This document shows positions 12,961 to 23,979 of a stretch of DNA of 64,000 nucleotides, piece after piece. Positions within the stretch are counted from its first letter, which is position 1, and every line of letters starts with the position of its first letter. This DNA comes from Blasia pusilla. Lineage: Eukaryota. A program made the translations under genes and the position numbers. Below the pieces are notes generated by a model. The model was not told the origin of the DNA and did no database searches. It saw only the letters and a program-made list of their open reading frames with translations. Where the stretch lies: contig CM114271.1 in the NCBI GenBank assembly GCA_050084515.1, forward strand, positions 15,438,001-15,502,000. The letters are read 5' to 3'.

Positions 12961-14405
12961 CAATATTCACTCATGGAGTCTACACATCCATATGATCGTG
13001 GATCAAAATATTGTAGGATGCCTTTGATGAAATTGGAGAACAGACTCGGTAGCTCAAGGACAATATATCCAAGCTATTCTCTAATCTCGTCAAAGACACC
13101 CAACAAATACTTATTGATCCATCCTAAAAGGCGTATCACACAGAATTCATGGGGTTATGATAAATAAATAAATAAATAAAAGGATTTTAAATGATGAAAA
13201 TCATATGAAATCCCTCTTTGGGGCCTATAAACAGTAGTAAATTCCATGAAAAGAATCCATGAACTTGATTCTATGAGAACATCAACAATGACTATATGTA
13301 GCTTTGTTAAATACAAACTTAAGATCTATATAAAAATAAAAAAACAACCCTTAATTTTTTACCGACTCCTTGCAAGAGCCTATTTATGGAGATCATGGTC
13401 TCCACTGTACACCATTGTTGGAATTTCTACAAATTTTATGCTCATATCACTTGTAGCTATTGTCATAGAGTATAAGACCTCTATTATGTTTGAAATTTGG
13501 AGAGACTTCCTTGCATATTTGTTCCATACCAACTTTAAACTTGTTAAAGACAAAACACTAAAAAAACCTTAAAATTTGACACTCTTCTCGATAAGCCTTT
13601 TTGTGGACATCTTGGTCTCAACTCAATATTATTGTTGGAATTTCAGTATTGCTCTTATGCTCGTCAATTTCACACTGAAATCTCCCATAAAAATAGCAGA
13701 CCATAAACCTCAAGATATATCCTAAGCAACCTCATGAGCCAATAAGTGGGAAACATCGTCCTCAATCTACAAAATGAACAACAATGATAATGCCATAAAG
13801 CTACTATATTGTAGAATCGTTCATTCTCTTTGTGTAAGTTATAAACAAAACTCCAAAATCTATAGCTCTCTCTGATTTCACACCAAATTCACTATAGCAG
13901 TGAACGGATTGGGGTGCTTACGAGATAAGGAGGACCATAACTCCACCAACTAATAGAAGAATGTTCAAAACAAAGAAGATTAGCTCTCCTCACTGTCTTT
14001 CATTCTCTCTCTCTCTCTCTCTGCTAATTCTATGGTGCCCATGCTAGCGGGGATATAGGAAGAGAATCATGATCTTGGGTTCAAGGATGAAAGACCTTGT
14101 TGTGACCATCAAAGTCAAAAGCTAGTCTAGCTAGTCATGAGACTAGGAAAGGAATCAAAACTAACTACGGGACTAACACTATGCGGAGGGTGAACTTGTC
14201 TTGTGACTAGCCTTAGGTGAGAAAGGAGTGTAACTACTTATGAGGATAAAGACAAGAAAAAAAAAGGTTTGAGACCTTGGAGCCAACTGCCAAGTCAAGG
14301 GCAAGAAGCAAGGAACACATGAGTGGTCAAGATGGGTGAGACGCCACGAAACTAGTCATGAAACGCAAAGGGCAGCAAGATGACCATGAGAAGCCAAAGA
14401 GGGAG

Positions 14406-14637
14406 CAAGGTTGCATGTGGACAAAGTCTATGTCCTCCCTATGGAAGGGCTTGTCCATGTGGGCCCCACCATCCCCTTCTTTATCGTTCCCTCCACCCCC
14501 CCCCCTCCTCTTTCATTGCCCCACTTGGCCTTACCCTACTTCCAGCATGAACTATAAGTATGGGCTCCACCTCTTATCATCCATGTCGGTGGACATATCC
14601 ATACTTGTCCATCCATGTCCATTTTTGTGCAACCATA
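14406..14637. mobile_element. hAT MITE family copy (opposite orientation to 63670-63997)
   Basis: Ends CAAGGTTGCATGTGGAC ... TTTTGTGCAACCATA. Flanks AGAGGGAG / ACAAGAAG match only partially. Confidence 0.7.
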
Positions 14638-14970
14638 ACAAGAAGTCAAGATGGGCGCTAGCCATGAGAGATATGAGACGTGGGTCCAAGCTCCAATATG
14701 CATTTGAGAAGCCGAGAGTTGCATAAGCTGCAAGAAACCTCCACCAGGCCATCTCAATGAATAACTTGTCAAATTTTGGTCCATAGAGCATGACTCGCGT
14801 TTGGGTATGAGGACCAAAATATAGGGTCAGAGGGAGACAATGGGGGAGGTAGGTTTCTCCTAGAGAACTCGAGAAGTACCTTGGGGGGGGAGGGGGGAGG
14901 GGGGGCGCGGGAACACTCTCTTCGTGCTCAAGACCTTGAACCAAGAACTAATCATGATGCGTATTTGGTT

Positions 14971-15081
14971 TGTCGTGCGCATATACATCGCTGTCACCGA
15001 ACACACACACAAACACGCACAATCCCATGCTAACTCATAGCATCCAAACAACGAGACGAGAAGGACCAAAATATCTCAAAT
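14971..15081 (-). repeat. B2 repeat (3' terminus of copy 2)
   Basis: 111 bp; matches 15600-15727 apart from a 17-bp deletion (ACACAACATATATTGTT) and a few substitutions. Confidence 0.9.
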
Positions 15082-15597
15082 TAAAATAAAGATCCAATCT
15101 CTCTCACAACACCATAGTTCTCACATGTGTGGACTCTCACATGTCTCTCTCAATGTCAAACCAAACCCACTCTCCTAATGAGAGGCTTGGATTACACTCA
15201 CAAGGCAAGGGACCATAGCTCCGCTGCCTCGTGCCAAGAGGTTCAACAAAGAGAGAATGAGCTCTCAAGCTCTCTCTCCTTGAGATATACCTTTCTCCTC
15301 CCCCGAGCTCTCTCCATGGTAACCTATGCTCCCAAATCACCTCCTTGGCTCTTAACTTGATATAGGAGATCAAGGTCCACTTACCATAAATATTAATCGA
15401 CCATATACTCAAAGTGGTACTTACCGAAAATAGCATGTTCCTCAATGTGGCTCCAAATGAGCCGAAACAAAGGGAAAACCTGCTCTCTCAGGTTTCATGG
15501 GGCCTCAACATGTCATCCTTGACCTCTTGAGCATGTCCTCCACTACTGGAGAAAGCGCTCTAGTAGATCTTACCGATCTATCCTAAAAGACGTGACA
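15082..15597 (-). repeat. A2 repeat of copy 2
   Basis: 516-bp direct repeat of 23980-24494, about 85-90% identical by eye. Begins TGTCAC on the minus strand. Confidence 0.92.
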
Positions 15598-15599
15598 AT

Positions 15600-15727
15600 T
15601 GTCGTGCGCATACACATCGCTACACAACATATATTGTTGTCACCAAACACACATACAAACACGCACGATCCCATGCTAACTCATGGCATCCAAACAACGA
15701 GACAAGAAGTACCAAAATATCTCCAAT
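15600..15727 (-). repeat. B1 repeat of copy 2
   Basis: 128 bp, ends ...GCGCACGACA on the minus strand and is separated from A2 by a 2-nt AT spacer. Confidence 0.9.
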
Positions 15728-15906
15728 CGCCCCCTAGCTGGTCGTTAGGTCCCTCTAACTCCAGATAGCCATCTATCCCTACATACCATGACATACATCT
15801 CTCGGATGCTAAGAGCAAGAAGGTTGGGTGCTCATGTGGCCGCATTGTTAGTCGCCTTCTTGTCATCCATGTCACAGACACAAGTCAGAATGCAGAACTA
15901 CCTACA

Positions 15907-18900
15907 CTATGTATATGTAGGACACATCCATTGTCCCTAAGGAACCCTAGTAAGAGGTGGTGTCAAACATGTCATATGCCATCCTCTGGAACATCCATCA
16001 CAGACTAGCATAGTGGCTGCACCACGGGTGGAACCACACAACATACACCGCAAGCCGGCAGAAACTATTGCTAAGCTCGGATCCAATATACCGTCAATGT
16101 TTGGAAGATGACATAGCGCCCAGTTACGCACATGGTCCTTCTAAACCATACCATCGCCTCCCTCCAATAAGAGAACACCAGATGGCAAAATCTCAAGCAC
16201 TTTCAAGATGGTCACCCTGCAGTCACATCCAAGGTCGTGGATGCCGTCTGCTCCAAGTAGACATAGTCTCCATGATGAAACCTGCGGATAGTAGTTTGAT
16301 AACCACCTCCCCGAATAGTCGCATACCTCAATGTATCTCGATGTTGCGCAATCGCCAAGTTCTCAAACGCCATGGGGATCACTCTCCGAAACAACCCAAC
16401 CCTCTGAGAACATGCTCGCATCCATATATCAGGGTCATCAAGGTTCAACACCTCACTAACATCTCGACGAATGGCCGTAGGTAAATTTGGCTCTCGGCCA
16501 TACAAAAGCAAGTACGGTGAGAAAGACGCTAAGGATGTCAGCGTGCTGAATCTGTATCCCATCGCCAACCACGGGAAAAGGAGGTCCCAATCTCCTAGGT
16601 GACCTCTCTACAAGCCATACTTGCATAGTCCTCTCTTCACCGTTTGCACAACCCGCTCCGCTAGTCCATCCATCTTAGGATGATCTCGCGAAGTAGTGTA
16701 GTGGTCGATCAGTGCCTGATCACACAAGGCCTAAAACGCCCCGCGGAACTTTGTACCCTGGTTTTTCAACACCTCAGATGGCACACCGTAATGACCCAAC
16801 ACCCGATCTAGGAAGGCATACGCTATTCCCTCACTCGCTTTGTCATAAAATGTAACCAACTCTATCCACTCTAAGAAGTGCTCGACCATCACCAACACAA
16901 AGCAACTATGGCGCACCGTCAAAGGCAAAGGTCATGCAAAATCCAAACTCCATCTATAATCTAAATCCATGATCAAAAGTGGATGCAAGTGTGGAGTCAG
17001 AGCATTGAATGATGCTCGGACTTGATTACACACCATGCATCTGGCAACAAACTGCTGAACGTCGATTTGCATGCCTCGCCACCAATACTGAATCTAGAGC
17101 AAGCTGTATATCCGCTTCACTCCAAAATGACTCAACTCCTCGTGGGCATGATGCACCAAATGTGCTCTCTGCAAAGGACGAGGCACTACACGCACTCTAC
17201 CATCCTCCTACACTCCCCATTCTCCATCAGACCTCGCCATCAAAGTCTCAGCAATCTGGCTCTCCATAGCCAACAAGCCCAAATAGGCTAACGCATGCCA
17301 TCCTGGCACCAACTCCTCATCACTCTCACCATGCCAACGAGCTCCAGTCAACGAGCTCCAGTCGCATCTCGCTGACTCGAGAATGGGTTACGAATCATCC
17401 TGGTTGAGCATCCCAAGTCTATGCACCACCTGGAAGTCATACTCCTGCAACAAAAGAGCCCATCTCGCAAGCTTCCCTGTAAGCTTGTCGGACTCCATCA
17501 ACCACTTAAGTGGCTTATGATTAGTAATGATGGTAAAGGGATTGCCGAATAGATAACATCTGAAATGTACAACAGCCCACATTGCAGCCAAGCACTCACC
17601 CTCATACGAGCTATACTTTTCCTCTGCAACGTTGTTCGAGCGACTAGCGTAAGCCACCATGAACTCTCTACCATCATCGTCAGGATGGGTGAGCACGGCT
17701 CGAAGCCCCAACATGCTCCAATTGGTATGCAACTGGAAAGGACGCCCCGTGATCGGTCTCCTCAATATGGGCGCGGAAATCAATATATCCCTGAGCATCT
17801 GAAATGCTCTCTTCTACTCATCCCCCCAGTGCCACTCCTGATCCACCTTGGTCGGCAAGGTCAACGGCTTTGCAATCGAGCTGAAACCCTTGACGTACCG
17901 TCGATAGAAGTTTGCCAATCCCATGAATGCACGAATTTGACTCACATTTGTAAGACGTGGAATGTGTGAAATAGGCTCTACCTTCGTCTGCTGCACACCA
18001 AGGCCACCTGGATATATCTTACGACCCAAGTACTCAATCTAGTCGTAGAAGAACTTGCACTTGCCTGGATGTAGCTTCAGCCCATGTAACTGAAATCGTT
18101 GAAACACCTCCTCCAGATATCGTTCATGCTCCTCAACCGTGGCGCTAAAGACTATGATGCCATCAATGTTACACCTAGGACAATCCAGACCTGCCAAGAT
18201 CCTATCCATGACCCTCTGAAACTCAGCCGGAGCGTTCTTTAACCCAAATGGTAAGAATCGCCACTGGTACAAGCAATCCTTCCCGTGAGGATCGATGCCC
18301 CAAAATACCATCTTCTGCCTATCCTCCAATCTGATAGGAAGTTCATGGTATTTGACTCGAAGATCTAACGAAGTGAAGACCTTTGCATGCCCAATAGCAT
18401 CAAAGATCTCCTCAGGAGTAGGCATGGCATACCTATCGGACTTTGTCTACCGATTGATGGGTCGGTAATCTCCACACGTCCGCCTATTCTTCCAATTGCC
18501 ATGCACATCCCTCTTGGTGGGCATGACAATGGCAAATGCATACTCTCCATGCGACATCTCCTCTAGTCCCGCTCCAACCAAGTGCTGGCTCCTACTCTGA
18601 ATCAGAGCCCTCTCCATGTTACTATACCTGTAGGGTTATCGGAAGATTGGCATGTTGCTCGAAAACTCAATGCTAATCCCTGGACCCTTCAGCGTACCCA
18701 AATCATGCATACTAAATGCAAAACAACTCCTATAACTCCTAAGGAACTGGTGTATCCGGCGTCACTCTCCTCTTGTCAACTTAGGGCCCATACGTGGCCC
18801 CCAAGTCTCCATCATGACTACGGTAGGACTCTCCGGCATGGGTGTTGATGGTTGCTATGGTGCAACCCCGTCTCAAACAACAAAACTCAACTGCTCCCCT

Positions 18901-21900
18901 AGAGCCAACTGCAAATTTGGATCTCCATATGCAGTACCCTGAACTACGCTTGATGCTGTGGCTACCATCTCCTGGCGTACCTGCAAAACATCCTAGTATA
19001 TCACCCGACAAGAGGTTGTGGTGAGGATTCGATCGAGACATCCTACCGATGAGTCTGTGGTGCGAGCCAAGGCGATAGTGACTCATGCAGAGTCCTACGA
19101 CATCTTGGTTGGTGAAGCAGTGTTATATCCGATAGAGTTTTTTGTGGATTACTGGGAGGAGTCAGCGTCCTCCAGACCAGGAAGGTAGTCAGGTGATGGG
19201 CGCCTTAGCTCATTACCCGTTCAATTCACAGGTGTAGTGATCGAGCGACGGCCAGGAGAGATGGTGACCTTAGCAACATTTAGCAGTGCCATCACTTGGC
19301 CTAGCGATTTGATTGAGGGACATGTTCATGCAGAGGATACTCTAGTTTCTGACATTTCTATGGAGAGGAGTGTCATGGTAGTCGTTTTGGGGCTCGACTG
19401 AGGAGCTTCGATGCTTAGCCACTGAGCATGTGCAAACCGCATGGAGCGAGACGTTTGCACCAGAGTGTGATGGGTTAGTGGAACCATAGATAGCCAGGAG
19501 TGGTGCTATGACCCCTTTGGACATCACCCCCGATTATGTGGTGCATCCTAGAGAAGGGTATTCGGGTGTTGGATCTCTTTGGAGGGATCAACACTAGGTT
19601 AGCTGATGTTTTGTAGGCTGGAGTGCGCCTGTAGCAGTACCTGTATGTGGAGATTGATGATGTTGCGAGGCACGCTTTACTTCACCATGTGGCACAATTA
19701 CACCTCTATTTTCCAGACTTTTTATCTGCGTCCGCCATTTTTGGTGGATTCTATATTGAATTCGGGCCGTACATCACAGGTAGTGAGGCTAGATGATTAA
19801 TCGCCGTTGACTGTGGTCAACGGGATTGGCATGCCACGGGCAACATTTCCCACATTGGTGAGTTTTTCCGCTTCCTATGAATTCAAGGAGGCCGAACCTG
19901 GCTTGGTTTGGGATGACCAGGTACTAAGGTTGGTGGAGCCCAACGCCGATGAGCGAGAGTGAGCGATGGGATTCCCCATAGGAGTGGCGACATAACTGTC
20001 ACTATCAGAGGCATCACAACATCGTGTCTTGGGTTAGGCGATGGACCTGAACTCGACACACCAAGGATGATCATGATAGAAATCTTTGGACTTCTGTGTG
20101 GTACTTGCTCCATCCAAGGATGTATGTATCCGGAATGGACAACGCTCCACATTGGCTCTCGTTAAGACCAATCCTTTGAATGACGCTTTCCCCAACATCA
20201 GGGGTTACGCTCCTGAATCCAATAAGACACATTGCGGACTAAAAGCTCTACCTCATGGACTCACCACCTGGAAGACCTCTCCCCAATTATCTAGCAACAC
20301 AACACCAGGAGAAGCCATGGCACGCTTTATCGCAGGTCTGGCCGGCATCTCCGCCATCCTAGCAGCCGTAGACTGCCATGAATCTGGCTCGAGCATACGC
20401 TCCAATGGTAGGTCCATCGCCTCCTTTGCAATCACATGTGAACGTGATGCAAGAACTCCAACTCCACGCTCACATAGCATAGCAGCCAGCCGGAAAACCT
20501 CGACGGGCATACCTCCCAACGTCATAACATTGGAAGCAGTACGGAGCGGAGCACGGTACACCATCGTGGCCGCCCCCAATATCATACTCGATCCATGCTC
20601 CTCCTGAGCATCAGCAATAGGAGTCATCCCACTTGCTTCTCCCATCGCCCTTTGTGCTTGCATACTAATAACATCACCAACTCTCCGGAAACTCTGATCA
20701 TGACCCATTGATGGGGTCCTCATCGCCGTAGACAACGTGAAAGACAGAGGAAGCGTGGTCTGTTTCCTGGCTTCCCCTCATTGTGGATCCAACTCTGCGG
20801 CTGCTCCACGTGTTACAACTGCGGCGACCTCCATTTGGGCAACCCCGCACATCCAACCAGGATCCTCCATATCTCTGGTTGCTCCATATGATGTTGATGC
20901 CACGAATCCGGCATCGAGTAACCTCAATGCCATAGCGGCAATCTGCTCCTGTAGCTATTGTATCTGAGCAGCCATCCTAGCCTCACGCCCGGCATCTCCC
21001 TTGACGCGTCTAGGTGGTGGGACTCTACCTCCTCCACGGGAAATTCCACCATCCTGTCGGGGAACTCCAGCTCCTCGTCCCCCAACAGGACCACCTGGTG
21101 CACAATCTCTAGCCCACCCGGACCGACTACTCGCTCTGGTGCCATCTCTGGACCTCGTTCTGGACATAACTCAGGGTGTAAATTGAAATACCTGGCGCGT
21201 GTGTGACCATATCTTTGACAATAGTCACACTGATAACCTCCTAATGCAGCACCATCTCCTCCTCCACGCTGAGGCACACGTCCATGACCCTGATGAGTGC
21301 AATCATGTTGATGATGGGCTCCACCACATGACCAACAAGTAATCATAGGCGGTTGCTGCTGAGCCGCATATGAAGTCTATGTGGCACGACCTCCCGGTAT
21401 CCTCCCTCACCTCGTGGTGCCATAGTCAACCTATCTCGGAGTCCACGTTGTTGCACTCGTGGTGCAGACAATCGTGACTGCTCTCGCCCAGAACCCATGG
21501 TGGCTACACTCTCCTCCGCCATGTTGCACTCACTATTCTTGGCGGTCCTAAAAACATCTCTCAACGTAGGGGAGGTGTTCAAAAGAAGCACCCCCTCCCG
21601 CACCCGTGTCCGCAGGGTCTGGTCCAACATCGCGTACCATGATTGGATAGCCTGAGCCTCTAATCTTTGAGTGACGTTGATCAACCGGCGCAAGCGAGTG
21701 TCAACCTCACACAAACTCTCACCCAAGCGCCTCTGGAAGTCATGGATGCTCCGCAACTTCTTTGTCCGTACCCCCTAGTAGCTCGCCCTCAACTCATCGG
21801 AGAACTCAACCAAGGGGTTGAATATGGGACGAACCCGACTGGATAGTGCAACTACTCCAGTGCGAGTGACCCCTCCTAAAACATCACTAGTGAAAGAAGA

Positions 21901-22200
21901 AGTGGCCTCTCTTGACTCCTCCTCCTCATCTGGGAACGGCTCCATCCATGACAAATAGTGTGGGTCATAGTAGAGTCGCCATGCCTCAATCTCCTGGGCA
22001 TATATGTGGGAGAACTCATGATAATCGTCTATGGACGCCCCCTCTAAATGCTGGAACATATAGTTCCATGTTGTAAACGGGTTGAACTCTCTAGAGTTCC
22101 TAGCCTGTTGTGAGTCACACCAACTCCTAAACTCCACAATGAAGTCGTGAAGCTCTATAGTGCCTATAGCACCTGAAAACCTACACGGTCCTCTACCCTA
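15907..22200 (-). pseudogene. gag-pol polyprotein pseudogene of copy 2 (many stops and frameshifts, internal inversion 18997-20093)
   Basis: ORF-track fragments join into one collinear polyprotein ending ...RVP*GQWMCPTYT* (stop at 15909-15907). The start is not resolved. Confidence 0.9.
19557..20056 (+). pseudogene. Cytosine-5 DNA methyltransferase domain inside copy 2 (inverted segment, central motifs deleted)
   Basis: GIRVLDLFGGINTRLADVL*AGVRL*QYLYVEIDDVAR gives motifs I-II (DLFGG at 19572-19586). After a frame jump near 19740 it reads FPTLVSF...EPNADERE*AMGFP (motif IX, 19951-19977) and RVLG*AMDLN (motif X, about 20023-20052). Confidence 0.85.
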
Positions 22201-23979
22201 GTCGTCCATCTCGTATGCCCAACTGGTAGGACCACTCAATATGTATGGTGGATCACTAACACACTCCTCTATATGCTCCCCCTTGTCGAAAGAAAACATA
22301 GAAGGAGATCGAGGTGGTCTCTCATGTGGAGATCCTCAAAACCTCCCACCATTCCGAGTAAACCCTCCAGAGCTACTCTCAGGTCCACTACCTCGCCTCT
22401 CAAAATCCCTAAAGGACGTTGTGATGGCCCTTGTGCCCCTCTCACACGATCACTCTTAATCTTGCAAGTAATCCCTCAATCACTAAAACTAAACATGCGC
22501 ACTCAATCTACACTCTCTCACTAAGACGTGTAATGTGCGGCAACAAGCATCGTGGTGTGGCAAATCAACTGATCTATCGTCTCATCGACAAACCATCCTC
22601 AACTCTGGACATCCCACAAGGGTCTATGTCCCCTAAACCCATATATCATGGATGCTCTCAGCATCAACACGAAACCCAATATCCCAAATAACTTCCCAAT
22701 ACCCAAAAATCCCTCACACATGCAGGATAAGAGACCTGAATGGATAACCTGACAATAATCTCGATGTCGCTCTATGGCAACTGCAAATCTCGACCCCAAC
22801 TCGATCGTGAAGAAAACTCCTCCAATCAGCAAGTCGTACTTCGCTCGTACTGACGCTGCTCAAACCTCCTCGATGTGTGGTGCAGGTCGAGCGATCCGGT
22901 GGCATGGCACTCGGGATTGGGATGCGGCACTTGGCGGCATACCCTCCTCAATAAAAAATTCACACGCTCTTTTCCTTAGTGAAGGAGTGGCTCCACGATC
23001 GAGACGGTGCAGTGCGGCCATAAGCGGCACGGCCCGGCAATGGGCAATGCGTTGCGGCTACGGGCGTCATGGCACGGTACTCAATCGCTGTCGAGCAGCT
23101 ACCAATCACAACATAGTAGCATGTTATGAAAACTCATGCTACTATAGCCCGAGGTCACCTGACATCACATGTTGATGACAAAACTGCGATGATGGTGGCG
23201 GCCAAAACAAAGTATGTGGTGGCGGTGCAAGTCAAAGAATCAACGGTCGTCGTAGAAGACCCTCCACTCTATAATGGCAGAAATGGAAACCAAGGGTGGA
23301 CAACGGTCGAACGCGGCTCTGAGAAGCGCCATGCGGGGGTGGCAACCAACGATGGACGATGGACGGTGGACGGTGAACCGTTGACGGTGGCTATGACGGT
23401 GACTGCCACCGCCGACGCGGCGGCAGGTTTAGGGTTTGAACAATTTAACCCTAAAAATCGCCTATCAATGGAAAATTTTCAAGATTAACCATAACTTTTT
23501 GTTCGCAACTCCAAACTCCGCATTGTCTATTGCACAGCCTGCACAACTTCATGATCTACGACGACGTTAAAAATATTTTGAATCAAACATTCCAGTAAAA
23601 ATTGAGAGGGATTGTCGTAAAGCCAAATGTCTCTTTCTCCTACACAAAATTCGACAACACTTCCGCTCTGATTTCTCCCAACGAAAATATAAAACCTATA
23701 AGAACACAAATCAGCAAGCTACATGGTGCTCCCAAGAGCACTGGCATGGAGCAATCGACCCCCATACTCAATTCCTATCAAAAATTGGGCAGCGCTTCCG
23801 CGTGCCACTCTCCCGTAAAAAAAATCAGCAAAGCAAAACAACAGACCCCCACGTCTCTTGCTCCGATGAGCACTCCCATGAGCCATGAAGTGGGGAACAC
23901 GGTCCCCCAACTTGCACCAAACATCAAGAAACCAGCGAGCTTCCCCATGAAGCTCTCTCACTCACTCATTCTCTCTTTG

